Positions 1-10,400 of a stretch of DNA of 64,000 bases are shown piece by piece; position 1 is the first letter of the stretch, and each line of letters begins with the position of its first letter. The translations under genes and the position numbers were made by a program. The DNA comes from an uncultured Planctomycetales bacterium. GTDB taxonomy: Bacteria; Omnitrophota; Gorgyraeia; Zapsychrales; CAZBRU01. The stretch lies in contig CAZEUO010000006.1 in NCBI GenBank assembly GCA_964515035.1, forward strand, positions 10,103-74,102, written 5' to 3'. The notes beneath the pieces were generated by a model, which had not been told where the DNA came from, ran no database searches, and saw nothing but the letters and a program-made list of their open reading frames with translations.

Positions 1-59
1 AAGATCTTTCCTATTCGGATCGGGTACATATCGTCAAGCGTATACAGAATGAAGCCGGT

Positions 60-1733
60 ATGTCTGAAGGAGAACTTAGCTTTTCGTATAATCCTAAACG
101 CGACAAAATTCGTTTTATAAAGGCCCGTATTACTTCACCGGATGGTAAAAGGCAGCGGTATAAAATGATTCAGGATGTTAACCCCGTAAAGGAAGGTTAT
201 TATTCTGATTTAAGGAAAAAGATTGTGACGATGCCGAGTGTCATACCGGGCAGTGTCATCGATTTTGAATATGAAATTTTTCACAAACAGGGGCCGCTCA
301 AAGGCCACTTTTTTACGGGTATTGCCTTAAATTCTACAACACCGATAAAGCACTCATTTGTAAAGCTTACGGTGCCGAAAAGCCTGAAACTTTACTTTAA
401 GAAAATCAACACCAAATATGAACCAGTCACAACGTCTTCTGACAAAACGGCCACGTATCTTTGGGAATCGAAAGGAGATGATGATTATGATCAAAAATGG
501 GCACAAGAAGATATAACTCCGCCCTCTATAGATGTACAGCCGTATGTTTCAATTTCAACGATTCGGGATTGGAGTACATTTGCCGATATCTATGCCGCGA
601 TATATCTCAAAGCGGCTGGGATTAACCCTCAAATTAAAGAAGCAGCTCAAAATATTATCCAGGGTAACAATACCGATACAGAAAAAATCGAGGCTATCCG
701 AAAGTATCTTTTCGATAACTTTCGCTATGTCGCGGTCAATTTAAACGAACATGATTTCGTGCCGCATCCGGCTGAAGAAGTATTCCAAAATAGATTCGGG
801 GACTGCAAAGACCAGTCAATTTTATTCATTTCGATGCTAAAGGACGCCGGAATTAAGGCCTATCCCGTTCTTGTGCGGCAAGAAGGAGATGGTGACTTTA
901 AAAAATTGCTCCCGGCAACAGAATCTTTCGAGCATGTGATGGTAGGTATTCCAATGGAGGAAAAGATTATCTTTGTTGATCCGCTGATAAATGGCTACCG
1001 TATCGATGAAACACCCTATTCGTTGGAAGGCAGTTATGTTTTAGTTTTAGATGGCAAGGGCGGCAAGGCCATGCAGATTCCGTACATGCCGCTTGAGCAT
1101 AAAACACAAAGGTCAAAACTTCAGGTAACGCTAGAATCGGATGGCTCCGCAAATGTTAAGCTGGAAATAACTCCAAATTTGAGTAATGCGGTTGATTTGA
1201 GGGAGAAATTTAAGGTTGCCACGGAACAGGATAAGCAGAAAATATTGGAGATTCTTGAGAATGTTACGCGGGGAGGCAAGGTGATTTCCCATTCCATAGT
1301 TGGATTAGAAAACGCCTATGGTCCCTTGACAGTAAAGATTGAGTCTTCTGCGCCGGAGTATTTAAAACTCATGGGGCCTTATATGTTTTGGGCTGGAGAT
1401 AATACAGATCTCTTGGGCAGTTTCTCGCAGAAAACTAGAAAATATCCGATTTGGTTTAATAACGAGGCACTGGATGAGGATATTACCGAAGTACGGATTC
1501 CCGATGGTTTTCGATTCGAATATATTCCGAAAAATGTGAATCTCAAAAGCGATTGGATGGATCTGGATATTTTCTATATGAAAAAGGGTAAAATTATTGA
1601 GCAAACCCAGCGTATCCATTACAAGCGGACGCTCATTCCACCATCGAAATATCAGGAGTTCAGAGATTATTTATTGAAATGTGAGCAGGCCCTAGCCGAG
1701 GTTATTGTCTTAAGAAAGGATAAAGTTGAGTAA
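60..1733 (+). CDS. transglutaminase-like superfamily protein (N-terminal DUF3857-like region plus transglutaminase-like Cys-protease core)
   Basis: The motif FGDCKDQSILFISMLKDAGIKAYPV resembles the catalytic Cys context of transglutaminase-like domains. A D/H-containing region lies downstream. Long ORF with no overlaps. Confidence 0.55.
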   Translation: MSEGELSFSYNPKRDKIRFIKARITSPDGKRQRYKMIQDVNPVKEGYYSDLRKKIVTMPSVIPGSVIDFEYEIFHKQGPLKGHFFTGIALNSTTPIKHSFVKLTVPKSLKLYFKKINTKYEPVTTSSDKTATYLWESKGDDDYDQKWAQEDITPPSIDVQPYVSISTIRDWSTFADIYAAIYLKAAGINPQIKEAAQNIIQGNNTDTEKIEAIRKYLFDNFRYVAVNLNEHDFVPHPAEEVFQNRFGDCKDQSILFISMLKDAGIKAYPVLVRQEGDGDFKKLLPATESFEHVMVGIPMEEKIIFVDPLINGYRIDETPYSLEGSYVLVLDGKGGKAMQIPYMPLEHKTQRSKLQVTLESDGSANVKLEITPNLSNAVDLREKFKVATEQDKQKILEILENVTRGGKVISHSIVGLENAYGPLTVKIESSAPEYLKLMGPYMFWAGDNTDLLGSFSQKTRKYPIWFNNEALDEDITEVRIPDGFRFEYIPKNVNLKSDWMDLDIFYMKKGKIIEQTQRIHYKRTLIPPSKYQEFRDYLLKCEQALAEVIVLRKDKVE

Positions 1734-1816
1734 AAAGTATGTGAGTAAATTTTAGTCAGGTCAAAGTTTTCGATTGTCACTCACAGGGCGGGTGTTATAA
1801 TGTGTAACAATTTGTT

Positions 1817-2014
1817 ATGCAATATAAAATGAAAAAACTAGCCGAAACTTACACAGTCGAAGAAGTCGCGGAAGCTCTCAAGCTTCATCCCTATACCGTG
1901 CGCCGATTATGCAGAGAGGGCAAAATCCCAGGATTTAAATTCGGTGGGCAATGGAGATTTCAGAAAGAATCTATTAATAAATTTGTCAATTTATCAAAGA
2001 TGAAAAAACAATGA
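1817..2014 (+). CDS. small helix-turn-helix DNA-binding protein, excisionase/MerR-like (HTH_17) family; possible controller of the downstream Res-Mod operon
   Basis: 65 aa with the pattern TVEEVAEAL...YTVRRLCREGKIPGFKFGGQWRF, typical of excisionase-family HTH. Its stop overlaps the res start (ATGA). Palindromes lie in the upstream promoter region. Confidence 0.55.
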   Translation: MQYKMKKLAETYTVEEVAEALKLHPYTVRRLCREGKIPGFKFGGQWRFQKESINKFVNLSKMKKQ

Positions 2015-4977
2015 ATTCGCCTATACTTAATTCTCCATATAAAGAACCAAATTTTCATTTTAAATCAGACGAACGGGGACTTACTGACGAAGTTTTAGAA
2101 TTTCGTCGACCTAGTAGCTTTTACATCCCAGTTCCTCGTGCTAAATCAATGAAAAAACGTGCTGAACAGAACGTTGCTGAAGGCGCCTTTGGTAGTGAAT
2201 TACAAAAAGAAAACGAGTTTATTAATAAGGTCAGAGAGAAGATAAAAGAATGGCGAAATAAGGATTATTCAGGGCTTACTAAAACATCAAGAGACTTGCT
2301 TTTCTATTGGAAGGATGAGAGCCGTGACAATAAACTTTTCTTTTGCCAGGTCGAAGCACTAGAAACTTTGATGTACATTAATGAAGTGGCAGAAAAATCG
2401 GGCGAAGTCTGGATTATTAATGAATTGAAAAAAGCAGGCAAAGAAGCAAATCCAGGCCTATATCGAATTGCTTTGAAGATGGCTACTGGTTCTGGGAAGA
2501 CAGTAGTTATGGCAATGATCATTGCATATAACACTCTTAATAAAATTCGATATCCTTTAGACACAAGATTCACAGATGCCTTCGTAATAGTCACTCCCGG
2601 CATTACTATTCGTGATCGTTTAAACGTCTTGCTTCCGAACGATCCTAACAATTATTATCGTAAGCGCGACATTGTTTCTTATCAGGATTTTGAGTTGCTA
2701 CATTCAGCAACGATTTTTATAACAAATTATCATCAACTGGAACTTCGACAGAATCCAAGATTTCAGATTGGCGGAGTTATGAAAGCAACTGGGCTTATTA
2801 AAGAAGAAACAACTAAAGAAATATCATCCGCAATGGTGAATCGAGCCTTCAAAAGTGTTCTTCAAAAAACAAGAATTCTGGTAATTAATGATGAAGCTCA
2901 TCATTGCTATCGCGAGAAACCTCTTGAAGAAAAATTGTCTGGAGAGGATCGCAAAGAGGCTGATGAAAATAATAAAGCCGCACGAGTTTGGATTAATGGG
3001 TTAGAAGCATTGGCAAAAAAATTAAATGTTAATGCATTAATTGATTTGTCAGCGACACCATATTTCTTGCGCGGGTCTGGTTATCAAGAAGGCACTCTTT
3101 TTCCATGGGTCATTTATGATTTTTCTATTCTCGATGCGCTGGAATGTGGTGTTGTTAAGATACCACGACTCCCTGTCAAGTCAGATACCATTACATTGGA
3201 TGATGAACCAGAATTTCGTAATTTGTGGTTATACGTCCGTGATGATCTTCCGAAGAAGGGATTGAAAACAGGAGATTACGATCTTTCTTCATTCGCTTTG
3301 CCTACTAAACTTGCCGCGGCCTTACTTTCTCTCTATGGTAGTTATGAAAAATATTACAGAGAGTACGAAAAACAAAGAAAATTGGACCCGAATGTTATGC
3401 CTCCAGTCATGATAGTCGTTTGTAACAATACAACAGTTTCAGAGATTGTTTATCGTTGGATTGCTGGATATGAGCGAGAAACAGCGAGTGGAAAAATAAA
3501 AATTGAGAAAGGTAATCTTGAAATATTTCGCAATGAAGATGGCACCCAATTTTTTGATCGGCCAAATACTCTATTAATTGATAGTGCTCAACTTGAGAGT
3601 GGTGAAAAAATAAACGACGAGTTTAAAAAGATATTTTTGAAAGAGACAGAAGATTTTCACAAAGAATACAAGCGCCGGTTCCCGGGCCGTGATGATCCTA
3701 CTGATGAAGAATTACTTCGTGAAGTTATGAACACTGTTGGTAAACCTGAGAAACTGGGTGAAAATATTAAATGCGTGGTAAGCGTTTCGATGCTTACTGA
3801 AGGCTGGGATGTTAATACGGTGACCCACATTTTAGGAATACGTGCATTTTCTACACAACTTCTTTGTGAGCAGGTCGTCGGTCGGGCTCTTCGACGAATC
3901 GATTACAATATTGATGAAGATACCGGCATGATGACTCCCGAATATGCCGAAGTGTATGGGGTTCCGTTTAGTTTCCTACGAGTTGAAGGCAATGTTACTC
4001 CGCAGCCCCCTAAAGTGTTTCATCGGGTTCGGGGCCTTCCTGAGCGAGAAAAATATGAAATTACTTTTCCACGCGTGGAAGGTTATCGATATGAACTTAA
4101 TGAAACAAAATTGGCGGCTAATTTTACCGAAGAATCAAAAATTATCATTGAGAACGAGCCGATGGAGGTTGTTTCAGAAGGCGTTGTTGGCTATGGGACA
4201 ATAGAAACTTTGGAAAAAATTAAAGAGCGTCGAGAAGGTGAAGTGATTATTCGCCTGACTGAGGGACTTTTGAAGCGTTATTATGTTGATGCCGACGGTA
4301 CTGAAAAATATTGGCTTGGGCCAAAATTACGAAAAATAGTTGAGGAGTTCGTAAAGAATTATATTGTCCTTAAGGATCGTATGGTTATTGGATATTTAAG
4401 TGTTGGCACTTATTTTACAGGCGCACTGACCAAAATTCAGCAAGGAATCATTACTGAAAATATTGCCAATATAGATTCCAAGAAAATTTTACCAATATTG
4501 GTTCCTTACGATACTCTTGGATCTACTCGTTACGTGGATTTTTTGACTACACGGCCTGTGCAAGAAACAATTAAAAGTCACGTGAATTATGTAGTGGCGG
4601 ATACAAAAGAATGGGAGCAGGGAGTTGCCAAGAAACTAGAGCAGATGGAAGAGGTAATTTCTTACGTCAAAAATCAGAATTTAGGGTTTGCCATCCCTTA
4701 TGAACATGAAGGTGTGGCACGTCATTATACGCCGGATTTTGCAGCCAAGATTGAAATGCCTGATAAATCCCTTCTTAATCTTTTGATTGAGGTTACCGGA
4801 AGAAAGGATGATAAAAAAATCATGAAAATAAAAACAACTCGTGAATTTTGGATTCCTGCCGTTAATAACGATGGGCGATTTGGTCAGTGGGCACTTCTTG
4901 AAGTGCAGGATATTCATGAGACCCAAAATTTAATACGAGGTGGATTAAATAAAGGTTTTAATAATTTAGGAAAATAA
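2011..4977 (+). CDS. res: Type III restriction Res-like subunit: SF2 DEAH helicase with C-terminal PD-(D/E)xK-like nuclease region
   Basis: Motif I MATGSGKTVV; motif II VINDEAHH; motif V/VI MLTEGWDV...QVVGRALRR. C-terminal region TPDFAAKIE...LIEVTGRKD is nuclease-like. 988 aa, typical Res length. Stop is 3 nt before the mod start. Confidence 0.7.
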   Translation: MNSPILNSPYKEPNFHFKSDERGLTDEVLEFRRPSSFYIPVPRAKSMKKRAEQNVAEGAFGSELQKENEFINKVREKIKEWRNKDYSGLTKTSRDLLFYWKDESRDNKLFFCQVEALETLMYINEVAEKSGEVWIINELKKAGKEANPGLYRIALKMATGSGKTVVMAMIIAYNTLNKIRYPLDTRFTDAFVIVTPGITIRDRLNVLLPNDPNNYYRKRDIVSYQDFELLHSATIFITNYHQLELRQNPRFQIGGVMKATGLIKEETTKEISSAMVNRAFKSVLQKTRILVINDEAHHCYREKPLEEKLSGEDRKEADENNKAARVWINGLEALAKKLNVNALIDLSATPYFLRGSGYQEGTLFPWVIYDFSILDALECGVVKIPRLPVKSDTITLDDEPEFRNLWLYVRDDLPKKGLKTGDYDLSSFALPTKLAAALLSLYGSYEKYYREYEKQRKLDPNVMPPVMIVVCNNTTVSEIVYRWIAGYERETASGKIKIEKGNLEIFRNEDGTQFFDRPNTLLIDSAQLESGEKINDEFKKIFLKETEDFHKEYKRRFPGRDDPTDEELLREVMNTVGKPEKLGENIKCVVSVSMLTEGWDVNTVTHILGIRAFSTQLLCEQVVGRALRRIDYNIDEDTGMMTPEYAEVYGVPFSFLRVEGNVTPQPPKVFHRVRGLPEREKYEITFPRVEGYRYELNETKLAANFTEESKIIIENEPMEVVSEGVVGYGTIETLEKIKERREGEVIIRLTEGLLKRYYVDADGTEKYWLGPKLRKIVEEFVKNYIVLKDRMVIGYLSVGTYFTGALTKIQQGIITENIANIDSKKILPILVPYDTLGSTRYVDFLTTRPVQETIKSHVNYVVADTKEWEQGVAKKLEQMEEVISYVKNQNLGFAIPYEHEGVARHYTPDFAAKIEMPDKSLLNLLIEVTGRKDDKKIMKIKTTREFWIPAVNNDGRFGQWALLEVQDIHETQNLIRGGLNKGFNNLGK

Positions 4978-4980
4978 ATT

Positions 4981-7452
4981 ATGGGAAGAAAAAAAATAAT
5001 TACTAAAACCACTGAAGCCGCTGCAGTTACATCGTATAAGCATAAAGATAAACGTTCGCGTATTCCCACACAGGAAGAATCCGTTAAGCTTTCTGTCCGG
5101 GAAAAACAACCGGTTAAGAAAAGATACGAATATGAACCTTCACTGGATCCTCAGCTTGTTTGGTCTGGGAAGAAAGAATCCGGATCCGAACTGTCTGTTT
5201 CAACAATACCGATTTATGTTCAGGAAAAGATTGCACCAGAAGCTATCATCGCTCGTTTAAAGCAAGGATCCAAAGACGAAGCGCAATACACATTGTTTGG
5301 TGAAACAACCCAACAGCAGTTTGATAAGGCTGTAGAATTTTATAAGCACGAAGACAATTGGCAAAACCGCATGATTTTGGGAGATAGTCTTTTGGTAATG
5401 AACAGTTTGCTTGAAAAAGAAGGTATGCGTGGCAAGGTACAAACTATTTACATTGACCCGCCTTATGGAATTAAATTCGGTTCCAATTGGCAGACATCAA
5501 CTCGGAAACGTGAAGTGAAGGATAATAAAGTTGAAGATTTGGTTCGCCAGCCAGAGCAAATAAAAGCATTCCGTGATACGTGGGAGTTGGGTATTCATTC
5601 GTATCTTTCTTACTTACGTGATCGTTTAATTACCGCCAGAGAGCTCTTGACAGAAAGTGGATCATGTTTTGTACAAATTTCGGATGAAAATTTACACTTA
5701 ATTAGAAATCTAATGGATGAAGTTTTAGGGAATGAGAATTTTGTAAGTTTAATTACATTCAAAAAAACGAATCCACTAGGTGCTAGTGGATTAGGGGCAG
5801 TTTCTGATTATTTGATATGGTATGCTCGCGATATAAAACGATATAAGTTTAGAAGAATTCTTCTTGAGAAGCATCTTGGTGTTGGTGGAGTTAGTGGTTA
5901 TTCATGGATTGAGTTGCCCAATGGTAACCGACGAAGGCTTACAAGTGATGAATTTAACAATATTGATAAATTACCTAAAGATTGGCGTATTTTTGCGCCT
6001 ACAAAATTAACAGCCGCTGGGTTAACTCCTAGCTGTGTTTACCCTTTTGAATATGAAGGCGTTCGATTTACCCCAAAACAAGGATCAAGTTGGAGAACTA
6101 ATGCAGCAGGCATGGAAAAGTTAATTAGTTTGAAGAGGCTGATACGACTTGGCGATTCAATTTATCAAGTAATGTATTTTGATGATTATCCTGTTACAGA
6201 ATTGACAAATCTTTGGGACGATACTCGGGGAGAAATGGACAAGTGTTATGTTGTGCAAACTGCTACTAGAGTTATAGAGCGCTGTATACTTATGACTACT
6301 GATCCTGGCGACCTTGTTTTTGATCCAACCTGTGGTTCCGGTACAACCGCTTATGTCTCCGAGCAGTGGGGAAGGCGATGGATTACGACCGATACTTCAC
6401 GCGTTGCCCTTGCATTGGCACGTACTCGACTTATGGCCGCTAAATTTTCCTATTACACATTGAAAGATCAAAGTAATGTGCGTTCAGGATTTGAATATAA
6501 AATTGTTCCACATGTAACTTTGAAATCTTTAGCAAATGATGAGGAATCAGAACAAGAAGTCCTTTACGATCAGCCATTCGAAGATAAAGGGAAGGTTCGG
6601 GTATCCGGGCCATTTACAGTCGAGTCTCTTTCTCCCCATCGAGTTTCTGATGCGCAAGAAATGATTTCATCTGAACGATTTGCTGAAACTGTGGTTACCA
6701 ATCTTCTCAAAGCAGGGGTACAAACTGGCGAGAAAGACGCACGCTTAGAGTTCATCAACTTAGATATTTTACCTAGTGGTCCTGAAGTTCAGGCTATTGG
6801 CGAATACAAAACAAAAGATGGATTAAAAAAAATAGCTGTTGCCATTGGTCCTGAATTCGGAAGCGTTGATGATGATTTTATCCGGGATGCGGCTAAAGTA
6901 GCCAAAAAATTTGCCAATCTTTTGGTGGTCGCAGCAACGTCATTTGATGCTTCGGCATTTACCGAGCCTTCACAGATAAATGGTTTACAGATAATGAAAG
7001 TTAAAATTAATCCTGATCTTTCGATGGGTGATTTACTTAAGAAAACGGGCTCAGGCAATCTTTTCTTGGCTTTCGGCGAACCAGAAGTCAGAGTGAAACA
7101 GACAAAAGATGGATTGGTCGTTGAAATTTTGGGCGTGGATGTTTATGACCCAGTCAAAGGTCAAATCCGTTCAAGTGGAGCGGGGAATCCTGAGCATGAC
7201 ATTGCTACCTGGTTTATTGATGCCAATTACAGTGGCGAAGCATTTTTTGTAACGCATGCTTATTTTCTTGGAGAAGACAAACCCTACGAAAAATTAAAGA
7301 AAGCCCTTAAAGCAGATATAAATGAGGACGCGTGGGATACGCTGTATTCAACCGTATCTCGCCCCTTTGCCAAACCCAAAACCGGCAAAATCGCTGTTAA
7401 AGTAATTAATCATTACGGGGATGAAGTAATGAAAGTAATAGAGGTTAAATAA
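4981..7452 (+). CDS. mod: beta-class N6-adenine (or N4-C) DNA methyltransferase, Type III Mod-like, with a ~340 aa C-terminal extension
   Basis: Motif IV IYIDPPYGIKFGSNWQ precedes motif I LVFDPTCGSGTTAYV...GRRWITTD. This order is the beta-class arrangement of Type III Mod. About 290 aa of TRD-like sequence separate them. A long extra C-terminal region follows motif I. Confidence 0.75.
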   Translation: MGRKKIITKTTEAAAVTSYKHKDKRSRIPTQEESVKLSVREKQPVKKRYEYEPSLDPQLVWSGKKESGSELSVSTIPIYVQEKIAPEAIIARLKQGSKDEAQYTLFGETTQQQFDKAVEFYKHEDNWQNRMILGDSLLVMNSLLEKEGMRGKVQTIYIDPPYGIKFGSNWQTSTRKREVKDNKVEDLVRQPEQIKAFRDTWELGIHSYLSYLRDRLITARELLTESGSCFVQISDENLHLIRNLMDEVLGNENFVSLITFKKTNPLGASGLGAVSDYLIWYARDIKRYKFRRILLEKHLGVGGVSGYSWIELPNGNRRRLTSDEFNNIDKLPKDWRIFAPTKLTAAGLTPSCVYPFEYEGVRFTPKQGSSWRTNAAGMEKLISLKRLIRLGDSIYQVMYFDDYPVTELTNLWDDTRGEMDKCYVVQTATRVIERCILMTTDPGDLVFDPTCGSGTTAYVSEQWGRRWITTDTSRVALALARTRLMAAKFSYYTLKDQSNVRSGFEYKIVPHVTLKSLANDEESEQEVLYDQPFEDKGKVRVSGPFTVESLSPHRVSDAQEMISSERFAETVVTNLLKAGVQTGEKDARLEFINLDILPSGPEVQAIGEYKTKDGLKKIAVAIGPEFGSVDDDFIRDAAKVAKKFANLLVVAATSFDASAFTEPSQINGLQIMKVKINPDLSMGDLLKKTGSGNLFLAFGEPEVRVKQTKDGLVVEILGVDVYDPVKGQIRSSGAGNPEHDIATWFIDANYSGEAFFVTHAYFLGEDKPYEKLKKALKADINEDAWDTLYSTVSRPFAKPKTGKIAVKVINHYGDEVMKVIEVK

Positions 7453-7458
7453 ATAATT

Positions 7459-10400
7459 ATGAGTTCAAAATATCCAAGAGGATCCGAATGGCGCAAGTGG
7501 GATTTGCATGCACAAACCGTTCTAGATGATGGTTATATTTCGATAGGGCAATACTTAGAAGAAATAAAAGGAATCTCTCCCGAAAAATATAATGAATTGA
7601 TCAGGAGAGTTGGAACGGAAGATTTGGTGAAGAAATATGATTCCAAAGAGTATTTTTTTACAGATACTCAAGATGATGAAAAAAGAAGAGTAGAAAATTA
7701 TTCAAAATTATTTCTTAATTTTGTCGATATCTTTAATGCCCATATCGGAGTAATTGGAATTACTGATCATAATTATGAAAATCAATATTTATTAGATTGC
7801 TTGGTCCACAAGGCCAGTGATTTTAATTTTCAAGTTGTCCCCGGTGTTGAAATAAATGTTCAGGGTGTTCATATGCTTGTTTATTTTGGCGACAAACCAT
7901 ACCAGAAGACAACATATGCAGAAGGAATCAAAGCATTCTTGAGTAAAATTAATGTTACAAACAGAAAGACGAACAATATCTTAACGGTTTGCAATAAAAG
8001 CTATACGGATGTTATTAATGAAATAAAGGAACTGGAAGCAATCTTAGTTTATCCTCATTGCAATTCTTCCAATGGACTTTTCCAGGAAAGAGGCAAAACT
8101 GACCGAACACATCTCGCTGATCAATTCAATCACCAGAGTTTTAATATTTTACAGTCTAAAAATAAAGAATCCGCAGACACAGTTGTTTCCTATGTCAAAG
8201 CTAGAACAGAATTAAAATCGGGGTTGGTTTTTACTCTTGGAAGCGATGCACGCGCGTTAAAAGATATTTTAAAGCCAGATAAAGATGAGAATTATTGTTG
8301 GATTAAGGCTGATCCAACATTTGAAGGGTTAAAGCAAATCATTTATGAGCCAGATGCGAGAGTTTTTATTGGTAAAGAGCCTGAAATAGAGACTCGCGTT
8401 AGGAGCAATAGAACTAGATATATAAAATCATTATGTATCGGACAGGCTGACAAATATAACGAAGCGCATGGTATATGGTTTAAAGATGAATCCATAGAAT
8501 TTAGTAAGGAACTTGTTGCCATTATTGGGAATAAGGGAAGCGGAAAAAGTGCCATCACCGATATTATTGGGTTGCTTGGTAATAGTCATAATCAGAAATA
8601 TGGGAAACGAGATGGAAGTCGCGAAGAATTATTTTCCTTTCTAAATAAGCAAAAATTCCTAAAGCCGGGTTATGCATCGAATTTTAAGGCAGCATTGCAT
8701 TGGTATGATGGAGAGCCTGCGAAAATGGAATTAGATAAAGAAGTTGATGATAACATTCCAGAGCGCGTTGAGTATTTACCACAAAAATATCTTGAGAAAA
8801 TTTGTGCAAACATAGACGATGATGAATTTCGTGGAAGATTAAACGAGGTTATTTTTGAATATGTTAAAGAGAAATTTGATTATAAAAACCTAGAAGATTT
8901 AATTAAATATTTAACAAGTCAAGCTGATGAGGATATTAAGAATTCAAAGTTCTCTCTTCATGAAAAGAACGAAGAAATTGTTTCTGTAGAGAAAAAACTT
9001 ACAACAGATTACAAAAAGGAAATCGAAGAAAAGATTAAGATTAAAGAAGAAGAAGTTACTGCTCATAAGAAAAATAAACCTCCTCAGAAGAATGAACCAC
9101 CTCGTAACAGCGAAGCCGCAGCTACAGGAGCAGCTCAGATTGCAGATATTGAAACAAAAATCAATGACTTGATTAAGCACATTGATGGTCTTGAAGAGGA
9201 GCAAACAGCTGTTTCCAAGCAGCTTGAAGATCTTAAGCACGCAAAAGAGGCTATATCGAGGCAAGAAACAGTTTTAAAAGATTTGAAGTCTAAATATAAA
9301 TCATTTTTTGACAGTCTTGGTTTAGCGCTTGATGAGGTAATTAAGGTTTCTTTTCATTATGAGAAAATTGAAAAAATCGTAAATGGAAAAAAGACACGTT
9401 TGCAAGAAATTGAAGGTCTTTTGAGAACTGCTGAGGAAATAAATGAACTTGAAGACGATATAGTAATAAATGATGCACAAAGTAAGAGTTTAAGATTACA
9501 GTTAATCCAATTAGAAAATGGAAAGAAAAATATTATTGATCAATTAAGCAAGCCGGAACAAGAATACCAGGAATACTTGAGACAAAATTCAAAATGGGAG
9601 GCTCGCCAAAAAGAACTTGTTGGGGACGAACAGGCTCCGGTGGTTGACACGTCAAATTGGTTAAAACAAGAATTGAAAAATATTGCTGACGCGTATACTC
9701 AGAATCGGGATAGCTTAAGAAAAGAAAGAAAGAAAATCTTGAAGGACATCTTTAGTAAAAAGCAGGCATTAGTTTCGTTTTATAATTCAGTCAAAGAATC
9801 GATTGACAAAGAAATTGGAAAATATAGTGAAGATTTGGGAAGTTACAATATTGCCATTGAAGCCGGATTACGTTTTAATACGTCGTTTTATGACGAGTTC
9901 TTTAAATATATAAATCAAGGTATAAAAGGGAGTTTCTTTGGCACCGAGGATGGTAGAGGCATATTAAAAAACCTTTGTGAAGGTGTTCAGGGTTGGCAAG
10001 ATGAAAAAGATGTTGTTTCAATATTAGAAGACATAACCAATCACTTGGACAATGACCAGAGAAAAGAAGTTTTATCCGATGATCAGGCTAGGGATATTTT
10101 TAAGCAAATGAAGCAAAAGAAAGACCCTGTGGAGTTTTATGATTATCTTTTCGGGTTAGAATTTTTGCAAACAAAATATGATCTAAAAGTTGACGGTAAA
10201 GATCTTAGTCAATTATCTGCTGGAGAAAGAGGGGGATTATTGTTGATATTTTACTTAATGTTAGATAAGAAAGAGATCCCTTTGATTATCGATCAGCCAG
10301 AAGATAATCTTGATAATAAAAGTGTGTATGAAATCCTTGTTACATTTTTAAAACGAGCGAAAAAAAGACGACAAATTATTATGGTTACGCATAACCCCAA

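Noticed and set aside
8944-9264. Minus-strand 106-aa ORF and apparent low-complexity AAG/GAA-rich repeat inside the ATPase gene
   Set aside because: It lies antisense within the K/E-rich coiled-coil coding segment of the PHP::ATPase ORF. The repetitiveness is explained by coiled-coil codon usage. There is no independent start or RBS support.
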